The translations under genes and the position numbers were made by a program. From positions 7,874,001 to 7,938,000 of the forward strand of contig NC_086125.1 in assembly GCF_963921235.1 (NCBI RefSeq): 64,000 bases of DNA, written 5' to 3'. The notes beneath the pieces were generated by a model that was given only the letters and a program-made list of their open reading frames with translations, was not told the origin of the DNA and ran no database searches. This DNA is from Mobula hypostoma (taxonomy: Eukaryota). Below are positions 23,764-36,900 of this stretch, piece after piece; positions within the stretch are counted from its first letter, which is position 1; the number at the start of each line of letters is the position of its first letter.

Positions 23764-25856
23764 GAATAAAGAGAAAGAAGATAGTAAAATTATAACTGCC
23801 TGCATCAGACATTCAACTGGCAGAAATCTGCAGGGTGTTCAAACAGCATCAGTGGGAGAAAAGGAAATGTTGTTTTGAGTGGAAGCCCTTCATCATGACA
23901 GAGTGGGAGAAGTGAGATGGTCCCTCAGGATGAGTGGTGAGACAGACCAAAGTGATCAGTGAGCTGACAAGGTGGAAGGTGATAGATCACTGTTCCAGGT
24001 CGAGGAGGAAAAAGGCTTGGAGTGCAGTTAGACAATGGCAGGTGAATTAGATGGAGGCAGAAAAAGAGAGGGGAAAAATTGAGGGGCAGGTGGAGCAAGG
24101 TGGGAGGAGGGGATTGTGGAGACAGGTACAGTAGGTAGATAAGCAAGAACACAAAGGGCCACCAGTACTGGTATCTTATAAGCAAGAAGTTGAGATTGGG
24201 ATCTATTAGTAGGGAGGTGGATGGCAGATAGAGGACCAGATGGGGAAGAGAGGCTGAGTCTGTGGGCCAACTGTGTGTGGATGGAACAAGGATGGTGAAG
24301 GGAATATAGATAGATCATGGGGGTTGATGGAAAGGGTGGGGCAATGGTTTCTGCAATTGAGGGAAATGGGACAAAAATGGGTAGAGCAGAGGAATATTGG
24401 AAGGGGAAGGGTGAGGGTTCAATGGTTTAATGGTTCCATTTAATATCAGAATGCTTACAACATACAACCTGAAATTCTTGCTCTCCAAAGACATCCTTGA
24501 AACAGAAGAAAACCCCTAAAGAATGAAAGACATAAAAGAAACTAAGAACCCCAAAGCCCCCTGCCTCCCACTAGATAGATCTAACAACTTGATCAAGACT
24601 CATTGTATCATTACAATAATGCTTTTGCCAGCTCTTTTTAGAGGAATCGAGTTCTGTGCTATTCCTGGTACTCGCACCAGGAAGGAGATTGAAACGGATC
24701 ATGAAGACCTTAACATAATTAACGTCACTAAGGAATGAATGGAGAGAGTGAGGTGACTCAAAACTGGCCGGTCCCTCTCGCCTGACGGTCTTTATCCAGA
24801 GAAGTTTTAAGAATTGACTGCAGAGATAATGTTATATTTTTACGATATCCCCAAATCCCCGCGAATCTGGAGCTGCCTCAGTAAACTGAAAGGTAGAAAA
24901 TATAACATTGCAATTCGGTCAGAAATAGAGAGAATATATTGAACTAATCTGCAGTCAAACTGACATCAGGTTTTTGCTACTTGCTTGAATCAGGATGTGT
25001 TAATAGAGCTCAAAGTAAATCAGGAATGTCTATGATCCAAACTTCATTCCCATTGTTGTGCAGGACAGTTGCAATCTCAGTGGCTTTCACTACTGTTCCA
25101 GTTGTCAAGTGATGATCTAGTATCCGTGGGAGTCATTGTTACACACTGGTTCCGACTGCCCCCTCACCCTCCCAAAGCAGAGCATTCTTGGCAATGATTA
25201 TATTAGATTAGATTATGAGGACACTCAGTCCTTGCTCATTGTCATTAAGAAATGCATGCATTAAAAAATGATACAATGTTCCTCCAGAACGATATCACAG
25301 AAACACAGGACAGACCAAGACTAAAACTGACAAAGCCACATAATTATAACATATAGTTACAACAGTGCAAAGCAATACCATAATTTGATAAAAAGCAGAC
25401 CATGGACACGGTAGAAAGAAAAAGTCTCAAGTCCCGGTAGCCCCATCATCTCATGCAGACGGTAGAAGGGAGAAACTCTCCCTGCCATGAACCTCCAACC
25501 ACCGCAAACTTGCCGATGCATTGGAAACACCCGACCGCAGCCGACTGTGAGTCCGTCCGAAAACTCCAACCAGCCCTCCAACACCGAGCACCGAGCGCCA
25601 ACCTCTGCCGAGTGCTTTGACCAATGAGCAGGTAAAATAGAGCTACATATTAACACTGCAGCCAGAAGCTTTCCTTGATAAGAATAAGATCTACAGCATC
25701 ATTAGAACATCTCCCCACAATCAGCATGTTATGCCATTCATATTGAATATTCTTGTCTTAAACACTTGTGCATTACATTACATTTCCAGCATTGTTTTTC
25801 TAAATTAGACTCCCAGCTCATTGCCTTTGGTGTCTGCATTTCTTGCAGATGGTCAG

Positions 25857-25933
25857 TTATAGAGTGATGAGGATTCCAGCAATTACCAATGGTAAAACTA
25901 CTGGAATTATCCATGTTGGTAACCCGGATGAAT
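25857..25933 (-). CDS. Copy B terminal exon: hydrophobic anchor segment (D)SSGLPTWIIPVVLPLVIAGILITL*
   Basis: Acceptor tgattgttttatag|AT, phase 1 and compatible with the D4 donor. TAA at 25859-25857. Linking it to D4 across a 15.5-kb intron is an inference; no other Ig exon was found in between. Confidence 0.75.
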
Positions 25934-26429
25934 CTATAAAACAATCACAAAGGCAGTTGTACAAGTCATTGACAATTGAATTTATATAATCATTGACATT
26001 GATTATAAAACTATTGATTATTCTCAAAACACATATTTTTCCCTGATTCTCATATTTGCCACTCAATCCTCGTGCCTGATATTTATTCCCACATCTTCAT
26101 GTTCAAAATTGACTTACATCTATGTAATGAATTTCACAATATCTTAGTGTTTTATGGCTAATGAATAGATTTCTGAAGAGTATCTGTTGCGAGAAATTCA
26201 GAAATTAATAAGCATACTAAAACCACCCAGAAACAACAGGACCATGATGAGATAATCATTTTAGAATGCTGTAGAGGCTTTCCTACGTTTATGGGATAAC
26301 ATCTTTCCCACAGGAATAATCTTTTCTTCAGTACAAAATTCTTGGTTGGAAATCTGCAGCCTTCAGTTCAGTGTCTTTGCAATACTGGTCAAACTCACTA
26401 TGTGAAATGACTGAGACAGCTGAGCCAGT

Positions 26430-27707
26430 ACCTCATTCCATTTTCATAAATTTTCCATTCACTTCTGTGTAAGCCATATTGCTGTCTGTTGTTTGTTTAC
26501 ACACTGTAAATCTCAAGGCTACATAGTCCTGTCTCACTCTCATCACTCTCACATTTTTCATCAACAACACGCAGACTGGTGCTGCTTTTGGAACTAAAAC
26601 TTGACTTTTTATCTCTTTCTCTTTCCTGTGCAATCCATTTATTTTTGTCCACCTGACATGCTCTTTGCATTTGACCTAATTGTTGCATTTTCTGCGAGTT
26701 CCGCCTTTACATCTGGATTTGTTTGGTGTATATGAGCCGCTGGCACAATGGTAACATAACTTATTTGACTAGGTTGGTTTATGTATAGACGCTGCAAAGT
26801 TATTCATACTCACTTTCCTTCCTGAGCGCAACTCAATTGCATCACTGTCTGCAGTTTCCATTAAAACAGCCATTTCAACTGCACTTTCAAATACAGGTTG
26901 TGCTTCAGTTAGGAGCAGTTTTAGAATGTTTTCTTTTGAGATTCTACAAATGAAACCATCTCCCAGTGCACCATTAAGCAAATTACCAAACTGACAATGC
27001 ACAGACAATCTCTTCAATTCAGCCACATCTGCTGAAAAGGACTCCCCTTCTTTTTGATTCCACTTCTGAAACCCAAATCATTCTACAATAAACAATAGCT
27101 TTGGTTTCAAGTGTTCCTGTATTACTTTGACAACATCAGGAAGGGTCAGTTTGGCTGGTTTAGTTGGAGCAGTAAACTTTGAAGCAAACTGTATGCCTTG
27201 AAACTCAAAGCATTTAACAAAATTGGTACTCATTTCTCATTGGCTATTTCATCTATTTCAAAATACTGTTACAATAGCTCAGTATACATGAGCCAATTAC
27301 CCGTGGTGTAATCCAACAAGTCGATCTTTCCGAAATAGCCAGCCATTTCTGATTTTTAATGATTATTATCATCCAGTACTCACACTTTATGAACCCTGAA
27401 TTTTTCCATTAATGGCCTTTTTTCAAACTCGACATCTCTGCGTGTGTTGGCTGCATTCTCTTACTTGCTGTCTTTTTTTTAGTTCAAACATCTTATTGTG
27501 CTTTAACAGGTCAAAGGCCACCTCATGTTCATTTTAAAGCACCTTGATGCCAATGTTATATTTTGTAACTTCAAAACGTTAAAGTAATTCAAAGGCAGAC
27601 ACTGGAGTCTGAAATGCAGTTCTCACTTCGAGTTTACTGTTAAGCGTGGTGCACCCATGTGGATCTGATGGGATGAGGAGCCTGCCTATCAACCCAGGCT
27701 TGTAACA
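26430..27707 (-). mobile_element. Gypsy fragment: LTR, PBS and decayed gag
   Basis: LTR ends ..TATAACA at 27554, followed by the PBS-like TTGGCATCAAGG. The gag ATG at 27346 gives MAGYFGKID; ORF 26769-27026 reads AELKRLSVHCQFG..LLLTEA..AVEMAVLMETA. Confidence 0.75.
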
Positions 27708-27989
27708 GGAACTTAGCCCAGTGCAGTGGTCAGTAACTGGAGTTGGCAAGTGTGCTGGGAGGTTATGCGCAGGTCAGAATTGAAGAGTTTGTTTTGTGTT
27801 GAAGTCGGCAGTAAGCCTGTGGAACCGTTGCCAACCACAGGATACTGATGTTCTCATATAGTCATAGTGGAGAAACCTCCCCCCATCGGCAGAAAGAGAC
27901 AGTTTCAGATCTGCGAACGCTTGGATACCTGGCTTGTGTACAAGAGCATTCAAACCATTAAGGAAAGTTCCCACTAGGCAACTCAGCTC

Positions 27990-30900
27990 TGAAAGACGGT
28001 TTTGAAACCCAAGACAAAAACATTGTGGAAGTAATGGTTCAGAAATGAGAGGGAGTTACACCCAAGGTGCAGGACACAGGAAACTGGGTGACAGTCAGGA
28101 AGGGAAGTGCAGAGTACCCCTGTGGCCATCCCCCTCAGCAACCGGTATATCACTTTGGATACTGTCAGGTGGGTATTCCCTAACAGATGAAAGTCACAGT
28201 GGTCGGGACTCTGGCATTGAGTCTGCCTCTGGGACTCAGAAGGGAAGGGGAGAAGAAGCACACTGTGGTGACAGAGGATTCATTAGTTAGGGAAACGGAT
28301 GGGAGGATCTGTGGGCAAGAACAAGATTCCCAGAGGGTATGTTGCCTCCTGGGTGCCAAGGTCTGGGATATCTCAGATCAAGTCCTCAGCATTCTTAAGT
28401 GGCAGGGTGAACAGCAAGAAGTCGTGGTCCAGGTAGGTACCAATGCCATGGGTAGGGCGAGGAACAAGTTCTGCATCGGGAGTTCAGGGAGTTAGGTATT
28501 AAGTTAAAAGACAGGATCTTCAGAGTTGTGATCTCATGATTGCTATCCATGGCATGTGCCAATGAGGCCAGAACTAGGAAGATTATACAGTTAATATGTA
28601 GCTAAGGAGTTGGTGTAGGAAGGAGGGCATAGAGTTTTCGATCATTGGGCTCTCTTCATAGAAAATAGAACATAGAACAGTACAGCACAGTACAGGCCCT
28701 TCGGCACACAATGTTCTGCCAACCCTTAAACCCTGCCTCCCATATAAACCCCCACCTTAAATACCTCCATATACCTGTCTAGTAGTCTCTTAAACTTCAC
28801 TAGTGTATCTGCCTCCACCACTGACTCAGGCAGTGCATTCCACGCACCAACCACTCTCTGAGTAAAAAAAACTTCCTCTAATATCCCCCTTGAACTTCCC
28901 ACTCCTTACCTTAAAGCCATGTCCTCTTGTATTGAGCAGTGGTGCCCTGGGGAAGAGGCGCTGGCTATCCACTCTATCTATTCCTCTTATTATCTTGTAC
29001 ACCTCTATCATGTCTCCTCTCATCCTCCTTCTCTCCAAAGAGTAAAGCCCTAGCTCCCTAAATCTCTGATCATAATGCATACTCTCTAAACCAGGCAGCA
29101 TCCTGGTAAATCTCTTCTGTACCCTTTCCAATGTTTCCACATCCTTCCTATAGTGAGGCAACCAGAAATGGACGCAGTACTCCAAGTGTAGCCTAACCAG
29201 AGTTTTATAGAGCTGCATCATTACCCCGTGTCTCTTAAACTCTATCCCTTGACTTATGAAAGCTAACACTCCATAAGTTTTCTTAACTATCCTATCTATC
29301 TGTGAGACAACTTTCAGGGATCTGTGGACATGTACCCCCAGATCCCTCTGCTCCTCTACACTTCCAAGTATCTGCCATTTACTTTGTATTCTGCCTTGGA
29401 GTTTGTCCTTCCAAAGTGTACCACCTCACACTTCTCCAGGTTGAACTCCATCTGCCACTTCTCAGCCCATTTCTGCATCCTATCAATGTCTCGCTGCGAT
29501 CTTCGACAATCCTCTACACTATCCACAACACCACCAACCTTTGTGTCGCCGTAAACTTGCCAACCCACCCTTCTACCCCCTCATCCAGGTCGTTAATAAA
29601 AATAACAAAAAGTAGAGGTCCCAGAACCGATCCTTGTGGGACACCATTAGTCACAACCCTCCAATCCGAATATACTCCCTCCACCACGACCCTCTGCCTT
29701 CTGCAGGCAAGCCAATTCTGAATCCACCTGGCCAAACATCCCTGGATCCCGTGCCTTCTGACTTTCTGAATAAGCCTACCATGTGGAACCTTGTCAAATG
29801 CCTTACTAAAATCCATATAGATCACATCTACAGCACTACCCTCATCTGTATGCCTGGCCACCTCCTCAAAGAACTTTATCAGGCTTGTTAAGCACAATCT
29901 GCCCTTCACAAAGCCATGCTGACTGTCCCTGATCAGACCATGATTCTCTAAATGCCCATAGATCCTACCTCTAAGAATCTTTTCCTACAGCTTTCCCACC
30001 ACAGACATATGGCTCACTGGTCTATAATTACCCAGACTATCGCTACTACCTTTTTTGAACAAGGGGACAACATTAGCCTCCCTCCAATCCTCCAGTACCA
30101 TTCCCGTGGACAATGAGGACATTAAGATCCTAGCCAGAGACTCAGCAATCTCTTCCCTCGCCTCATGGAGCAGCCTGGGGAATATTCCGTCGGGCCCCGG
30201 GGACTTATCCGTCCTAATGTATTTTAACAACTCCAACACCTCTTCTACCTTAATATCAACATGCTCCAGAACATCAACCTCACTCATATTGTCCTCACTG
30301 TCATCAAGTTCCCTCTCATTGGTGAATACCAAAGAGAAGTATTCATTGAGGACCTCGCTCACTTCCATAGCCTCCAGGCACATCTTCCCACCTTTATCTC
30401 TAATCGGTCCTACCTTCACTCCTGTCATCCTTTTGTTCCTCACATAATTGAAGCATGCCTTGGGGCTTTCCTTTACCCTACTCGCCAAGGCTTCTCATGC
30501 CCCCTTCTTGCTCTTCTCAGCCCCTTCTTAAGCTTCTTTCTTGCTACCCTATATTCCTCAATAGACCCATCTGATCCTTGCTTCCTAAACCTCATGTATG
30601 CTGCCTTCTTCCACCTGACTAGATTCTCCACCTCGCTTGTCACCCATGGTTCCTTCACCCTACCATTCTTTATCTTCCTCACCGGGACAAATTTATCCAT
30701 AACCTCCTGCAAGAGATCCCTAAACATCAACCACATGTCCTTCGTACATTTCCCTGCAAAAACATCATCCCAATTCACACCCGCAAGTTCTAGCCTCATA
30801 ATTTGCCCTTCCCCAATTAAAAATTTTCCTGTCCTCTCTGATTGTATCCTGTTCCGTGATAATGTTCAAGGCCAGGGACCGGTGGTCACTGTCCCCCAGA

Positions 30901-33890
30901 TGCTCACCCACTGAGAGATCTGTGACCTGATCTGGTTTGTTACTTCATACTAGATCTAGTATGATATTCCCCCTACTTGGCCTGTCACTATACTTTGATA
31001 GGAATTCGTCCTGGACACACTTAACAAACTCTGGCCCATCTAAACCATTGGAACTAATGAGGTGTCAATCAATATTAGGGAAGTTAAAGTCACTGGTGAT
31101 AACAACCCTGTTATTTTTTGCACCTTTCCAAAATCTGCCTCCCAATCTGTTCCTGGGTATCTCTGCTGCTACCAGGGGGCCTATAGAATACTCCCAATAG
31201 AGTAACTGCTCCCTTCTTGTTCCTGAATTCTACCCATACTGACTCAAAAGAGGATCCTGCTACATTACCCACCATTTCTGGAGCTGTAATATTATCCCTG
31301 ACCAGTATTGCCACCCCTCCTCCCCTTTCTCTCCCCCCCCCCCATCCCTTTTAAAGCACTGAAATCCAGGAATATTGAGAATCCAATCCTGCCCTGGTGC
31401 CAGACAAGTCTCTGTAATGACCACTACGTCATAATTCCAAGTATGTATCCAAGCTCTCAGTTCATCACCTTTGTTCCTGATGCTTCTTGCATTGAAGTAC
31501 CTGCACTTTAGCCCTTCTACCCTACTACCTTTACACCCTTTATTCTGTTTCTCTTTCCTCAAAGCCTCTCTATATGTTAGATCTGGCTTTACTCCATGCA
31601 CTATACTTGCAGTTCTCGCATGACCTTTATCCTCCTCCACCTCACTATCTGCTCTAACACTCTGGTTCCCCTCCCCCTGAAAATCTAGTTTAAACCCCCT
31701 GGACCAGCACCAGCAAACCTTCCTGCAAGGATGTTAGTCCCCCTCCAGTTCAGGTGCAACCCGTCCTGTCGGAACAGGTCCCACCTTCCCTGGAACAAGG
31801 CCCAATTGTCCAGAATCGTGAAGCCCTCCTCCTGCACCATCTTCTTAGCCACGTATTTAGCTGCATTATCTTCCTATTTCTAGCCTCACTAGCACGTGGC
31901 ACGGGTAGCAATCCTGAGATTGCAACCCTGGAGGTCCTGTCCTTCAACTTTGCACCTAACTCCCTAAATTCTCCTTGCAGGACCTCCTCCTCCTTCCTAC
32001 CCACATCATTGGTCCCTGCATGGACCACGACATCTGGCTGCTCACCCTCCCTCTTGAGAATACTGAGAACTCGATCCGAGATATCGCAGACCATCCGGGA
32101 TTCTCGATCTCTTCCACAGAACCTCTTGTCTGTCCCCCTAACTGTCGAATTCCCTATCACTACTGCTCTCCTCTTTTCACTCCTTCCCTTCTGAGCTGAG
32201 GGTCCAGTCTCGGTGTCAGAGGCGCAACCACTGCAACTTGTCCCTGGTAGGTCATCCCCACCAACAGTATCCAAAACGGTGTACTTATTATTGATGGGAA
32301 TGGTCACAGAGGTGCTCTGCTCATTCTGTCTATTCCCCTTCCCTCTCCTGACAGTCACCCAGCTACCTGTCTCCTGACTTTTAAGGGTGACTATCTCCCT
32401 GTAACTCCTGTTTATTTCTGCCTCTGCCTCACGAATGATCCGAAGTTCATCCAGCTCCAGCTCCAGTTCCCTAACTCGGTTTGTCAGGAGCTGCAGTTGG
32501 ATGCACCTTTCCCAGGAGTAGTCATCAGGGACAATTGTGCTCACCCTGACTTCCCACATCCTGCAAATGGAGCACTCAACTGCCCTGACTGCTGCCTCCA
32601 TTACCCATTCCTAAGTTAATTAGATTAATTAAAGGAACTTACCCGGCCTTACCTCACTGGGAACAAGCTCTTCCTCAGCCTCTGCTCGCTGAAGCCTCTA
32701 GTGCCAAAGCCTTCCTACTCTGTCTCCCACTACTCCGTTGCCTGCTCCATTAATTTGCACAGTTTTTAAACTCTCCCACTGTCTCATGGGCCAGCTTTCA
32801 TGCGCTTGTGCAGTCGTGCCCCGTTCAAGCTGCCGAAGAAATGACCCAATCCAGGGAAGGTGGGAGCTGTACAGAACGGATGAACTGGAAGGGCACTAAT
32901 ATCCTAGCGGGAAGGATTGCTGGTGTTGCACAAGGAGGTTTAAACTAGAGTTGCAGGGGAATAGGAATGAGAGTGCCAGAAAGGTTAGTGGAGAGATTGT
33001 GGAGGCAGATGTTGGTAAGACCTCAGACAAAGCTAGGAATTAAAAGTTTGAACATGGTGTGACTAATGTCCACAGCTGCATATATTTCAATGCAAGAGGT
33101 ATCATAGGAAAGGTGGATAACAGTCCTAAAGATGAGGTAGCTGGTATACAGAGGCAATGTGTAGAGAGGAGAGGCTGTTGATAGGGCAAAATTGCAATAA
33201 ACAGGATGAGTTGCAATGTAAAAGGCAGACAAAATCAAAAAGGGTGAATACAGGACTGAAGGTGTTGTATTTGAATGTGTGGAGTATACAGAATAAGGTA
33301 GATGAACTTGTAGCACAGTTGCAGGTTGGCAGGTATGATATTGTAGGCATCACTGAATCATGGCTGAAACATTATAGCTGGGAGCTTAATGTCCAAGGAT
33401 ACACATTGTATTGAAAGGGCAGAAAGTAAGTTAGAGGGGATGGTGTTTCTCTGCTGGTAAAAAATGAAATCAAATCATTAGAGAGAGGTGACATAGGGTC
33501 AGAAGGTGTTGAATCATTGTGGAGAGAGCTAAGGAACTGCAAGGGTAAATAGACCCTTATGGGAATTGTATACAGACCCCCAAACAGTAGTAAGGATGTG
33601 GCCTACAAATTGCAACAGGAGATAGAAAATGGATCCCAAATGGTCAATATTACTATAGTCAAGGGGAACTTAAATATGCAAATAGATTGGGAAAATTAGG
33701 TTAGTGCTGGATCCCAAGAGGGGTTAGCTTCTGGTTGAGGGGATCAGCTATTCTAGATTGGGTGTTGTGCAATGAACCAGAATTGATGAGACAGTTTAAG
33801 GTAAAAGAACCTTTAGGGACAAGTGATCATAATATGATTGAATTCACCCTGAGAATTTGAGAAGGAGTAGCTAAAGTCAGATGTATCAAT
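27990..33890 (+). mobile_element. Old CR1 (ORF1 esterase plus APE remnants) split by the minus-strand CR1 at 28658-32850
   Basis: Esterase remnant (DSLVR..VVVQVGTN) at 28000-28657 ends GATCATTGGGCTCTCTTC and resumes CAGGGAAGGTGGGAGCTG at about 32852. LYLNVWSIQNKVDEL is in ORF 33157-33414. Confidence 0.75.
28658..32850 (-). mobile_element. Near full-length CR1 (esterase ORF1 plus broken APE-RT ORF2)
   Basis: ORF 31750-32601 has a zinc finger (CSIC..C), a coiled coil and an SGNH esterase (GNSTVRG, VHAGTND). ORF2 pieces at 31111-31640, 30473-30799, 29985-30488, 29514-29909 and 28826-29269. The 3' tail (reads ATAGAAC on +) is at about 28658-28680. Confidence 0.9.
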
Positions 33891-33959
33891 TAAAACTTAG
33901 CTAGTCTATATAATATTCTGAATAGTTAAATTAAATAAGTTGTGAGAAAAAGTAGTGAG

Positions 33960-36900
33960 GGTTATTCAGTAGTGAGATTTGGAGCAAGAAGGCTGCGAGT
34001 GAATGGCTGATTTTTTGGAGTGAAGGGAGTTTTTTACTACTCGGGGTAAAAGAGAGGCGAGACTGCGCAGGCGCATGATGTCAGACAGTAGAGCATGAAA
34101 GGTTTAAAAAGAAGACCGCTATATCCAGCGGGCAGCGGAGTGAGAGGCAGCAGAGTGATAGGGCTTTGGCTCGATGGGCTTAGGCAGTACTTGGACGAGG
34201 CGAGGTAGGCTTACCGGTGTTATTTGTGGAAAGGAGGAAGTATGTGTATGAGGCCAGTTTTCTGTGCCCGGTGTCAGACATGGGAGATCCTGGAGTCTCC
34301 CAGCCTCCTGAACAGCCATATCTGCTCCAGGTGTGTTGAGCTGCAGCTCCTGAGGGACTGAGTTAGGGAACTGTAGATGCCGCTCGATGACCTTCCCCTG
34401 GTCAGGAAGAGTGAGGAGGTGATAGATAGGAGTTATAGGCAAGTGGTCACACCGGGGCCACGGGAAACAGACAAGTGGGTCACAGTCAGGAGAGGGAAGG
34501 GGAGGAGTTAGGTACCAGAGAGTACACCTGTGGCTGTACCCCTTGACAATAAGTACTCCTGTTTGAATACTGTTGGGGGGGGGACAGCCTACCTGGGGGA
34601 AAAAACAGTGGCCGTGCCTATGGCACAGAGTCTGGCCCTGTGGCTCAGAAGGGTAGGGAAAGGAAGAGGATGGCAGTAGTGATAGGGGACTCTATAGTTA
34701 GGGGGTCAGACAGATGATTCTGTGGATGCAGGAAAGAAACTTGGATGGTAGTTTGCCTCCCAGGTGCCAGGATCCGGGACGTTTCAGATCATGTCCAAGG
34801 TATCCTGCAGTGTGAGGGAGAACAGCCAGAGGTTGTGGTACATATTGGTACTAATGACATAGGTAGGAAAAGGGAAGAGGTCCTGAAAAAAGACTACAGG
34901 GAGTTAGGAAGGAAGTTGAGAAGCAGGACCACAAAGGTAATAATCTCGGGATTACTGCCTGTGCCACGGGACAGTGAGAATAGGAATAGAATGAGGTGGA
35001 GGATAAATGCGTGGCTGAGGGATTGGAGCAGGGGGCAGGGATTCAGATTTCTGGATCATTGGGACCGCTTTCGGGGCAAGAGTGACCTGTACAAAAAGGA
35101 CGGATTGCACTTGAATCCCAGGGGAACCAATACCCTGGCGGGGAGGTTTGCTAAGGCTATTGGGGAGAGTTTAAACCAGAATTGTTGGGGGGGTGGGAAC
35201 CGAAATGAAGAGATTGGGGAAGAGGAGGTTGGCTCACAAATTGAGAAAGCTTGTAGACAGTGCGAGAAGGAGGATAGGTAGGTGGTAGAGAAGGGAGGCG
35301 CTCAGACCAAAAGTTTGAGATGTGTCTATTTTAATGCAAGGAGTGTTGTGAACAAAGCGGATGAGCTTCGAGCATGGATCAGTACTTGGACATGTGCTGT
35401 GGTGGCCATTACAGAGACTTGGATGGCTCAGAGACGGGAATGGTTACTTCAAGTGCTGGGTTTTAGATGTTTCAGAAAGGACAGGGAGGGAGGCAAAAGA
35501 GGTGGGGGTGTGACACTGTTGATCAGAGATAGTGTCACGGCTGCAGAAAAGGTGTACACCATGGAGAGATTGTCTATGGAATCTCTGTAGGTGAAGGTTA
35601 GGAACAGGAAGGGGTCAATAACTTTACTGGGTGTTTTTTTATAGGCCGCCCAATAGTAACAGGGATATAGAGGAGCAGATAGGGAAACAGATCCTGGAAA
35701 GGTGTAATAATAACAGAGTTGTCGTGATGGGAGATATTAATTTCCCAAATATTGATTGGCATCTCCCTAGAGCAAGGGGTTTAGATGGGGTGGAGTTTGT
35801 TAGGTGTGTTCAGGAAGTTTTCTTGACACAATATGTAGATAAGCTTACAAGAGGAGAGGCTGTACTTGATTTGGTATTGGGAAATGAACCTGGTCAGGTG
35901 TCATATCTCTCAGTGGGAGAGCATTTTGGAGATAGTGATCACAATTCTATCTCCTTTACAATAGCATTGGAGAGAGATAGGAACAGACAAGTTAGAAAAA
36001 CATTTAATTGGAGTAAGGGGAGTTATAAGGCTATCAGGCAGGAAATTGGAAGCTTGAATTGGGAACAGATGTTCTCAGGGAAAAGTACGGAAGAAATGTG
36101 GCAAATGTTCAGGGAATATTTGTGTGGAATTCTGCATAGGTACGTTCCAATGAGACAGGGAAGATATGGTAGGGTACAGAAACCGTGGTGTACAAAGGCT
36201 GTTATAAATCTAGTCAAGAAGAAAAGAAAAGCTTACAAAACGTTCAGAGAGCTAGGTAATGTTAGAGAGCTAGAAGATTATAAGGCTAATAGGAAGGAGC
36301 TTAAGAAGGAAATTAGGAGAGCCAGAAGGGGCCATGAGCAGGCCTTGGCGGGCAGGATTAAGGAAAACCCCAAGACATTCTACAAGTATGTAAAGAGCGA
36401 GAGGATAGGACGTGAAAGATTAGGACCTATCAAGTGTGACAGTGGGAAAGTGTGTACGGAACTGGAGGAAATAGCAGAGGTACTTAATGAATACTTTACT
36501 TCAGTATTCACTATGGACTCGTATGGCCAGATTTGGGAACAGCTTTTTTCCAACTGTGATAAGACTGCTGAACGGATCCTGACCCGGATCTGGGCCATAC
36601 CGTCCAAATACCCAGATCTGCATCTCGGTTTTTTTGCACTACCTTACTTTCCAATTTTCTATTTATGATTTATAATTTAAATTTTTAATATTTACTATCG
36701 ATTTGTAATCCAGGGAGCAGGAAGCACAGAATCAAATATCGCTATGATGATTGCACGTTCTAGTATCAATTGTTTGGCGACAATAAAGTATAAGGTAAAG
36801 TAAGGTAAAAGGATCTTGGTAATTGTAGTGATGACTTTCAGCAGACTGAAAAGCTTGAGCGTGTAGATATTAAGAAAGAGGATGTGCTGGGGCTTTTGGA

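Noticed and set aside
25738-25944. Alternative-frame ORF as the cytoplasmic tail of copy B
   Set aside because: It is out of frame with the hydrophobic segment, and no splice donor precedes the TAA to reach it.
26119-26190. Possible extra exon (AG..GTAAGT) before the copy B terminal exon
   Set aside because: The phase-1 reading hits TAG; it is open only in phase 0, which is incompatible with the flanking exons.
31750-32601. Host SGNH esterase gene
   Set aside because: It is ORF1 of a CR1, directly upstream of APE-RT remnants, with related copies at about 28000 and 34745.
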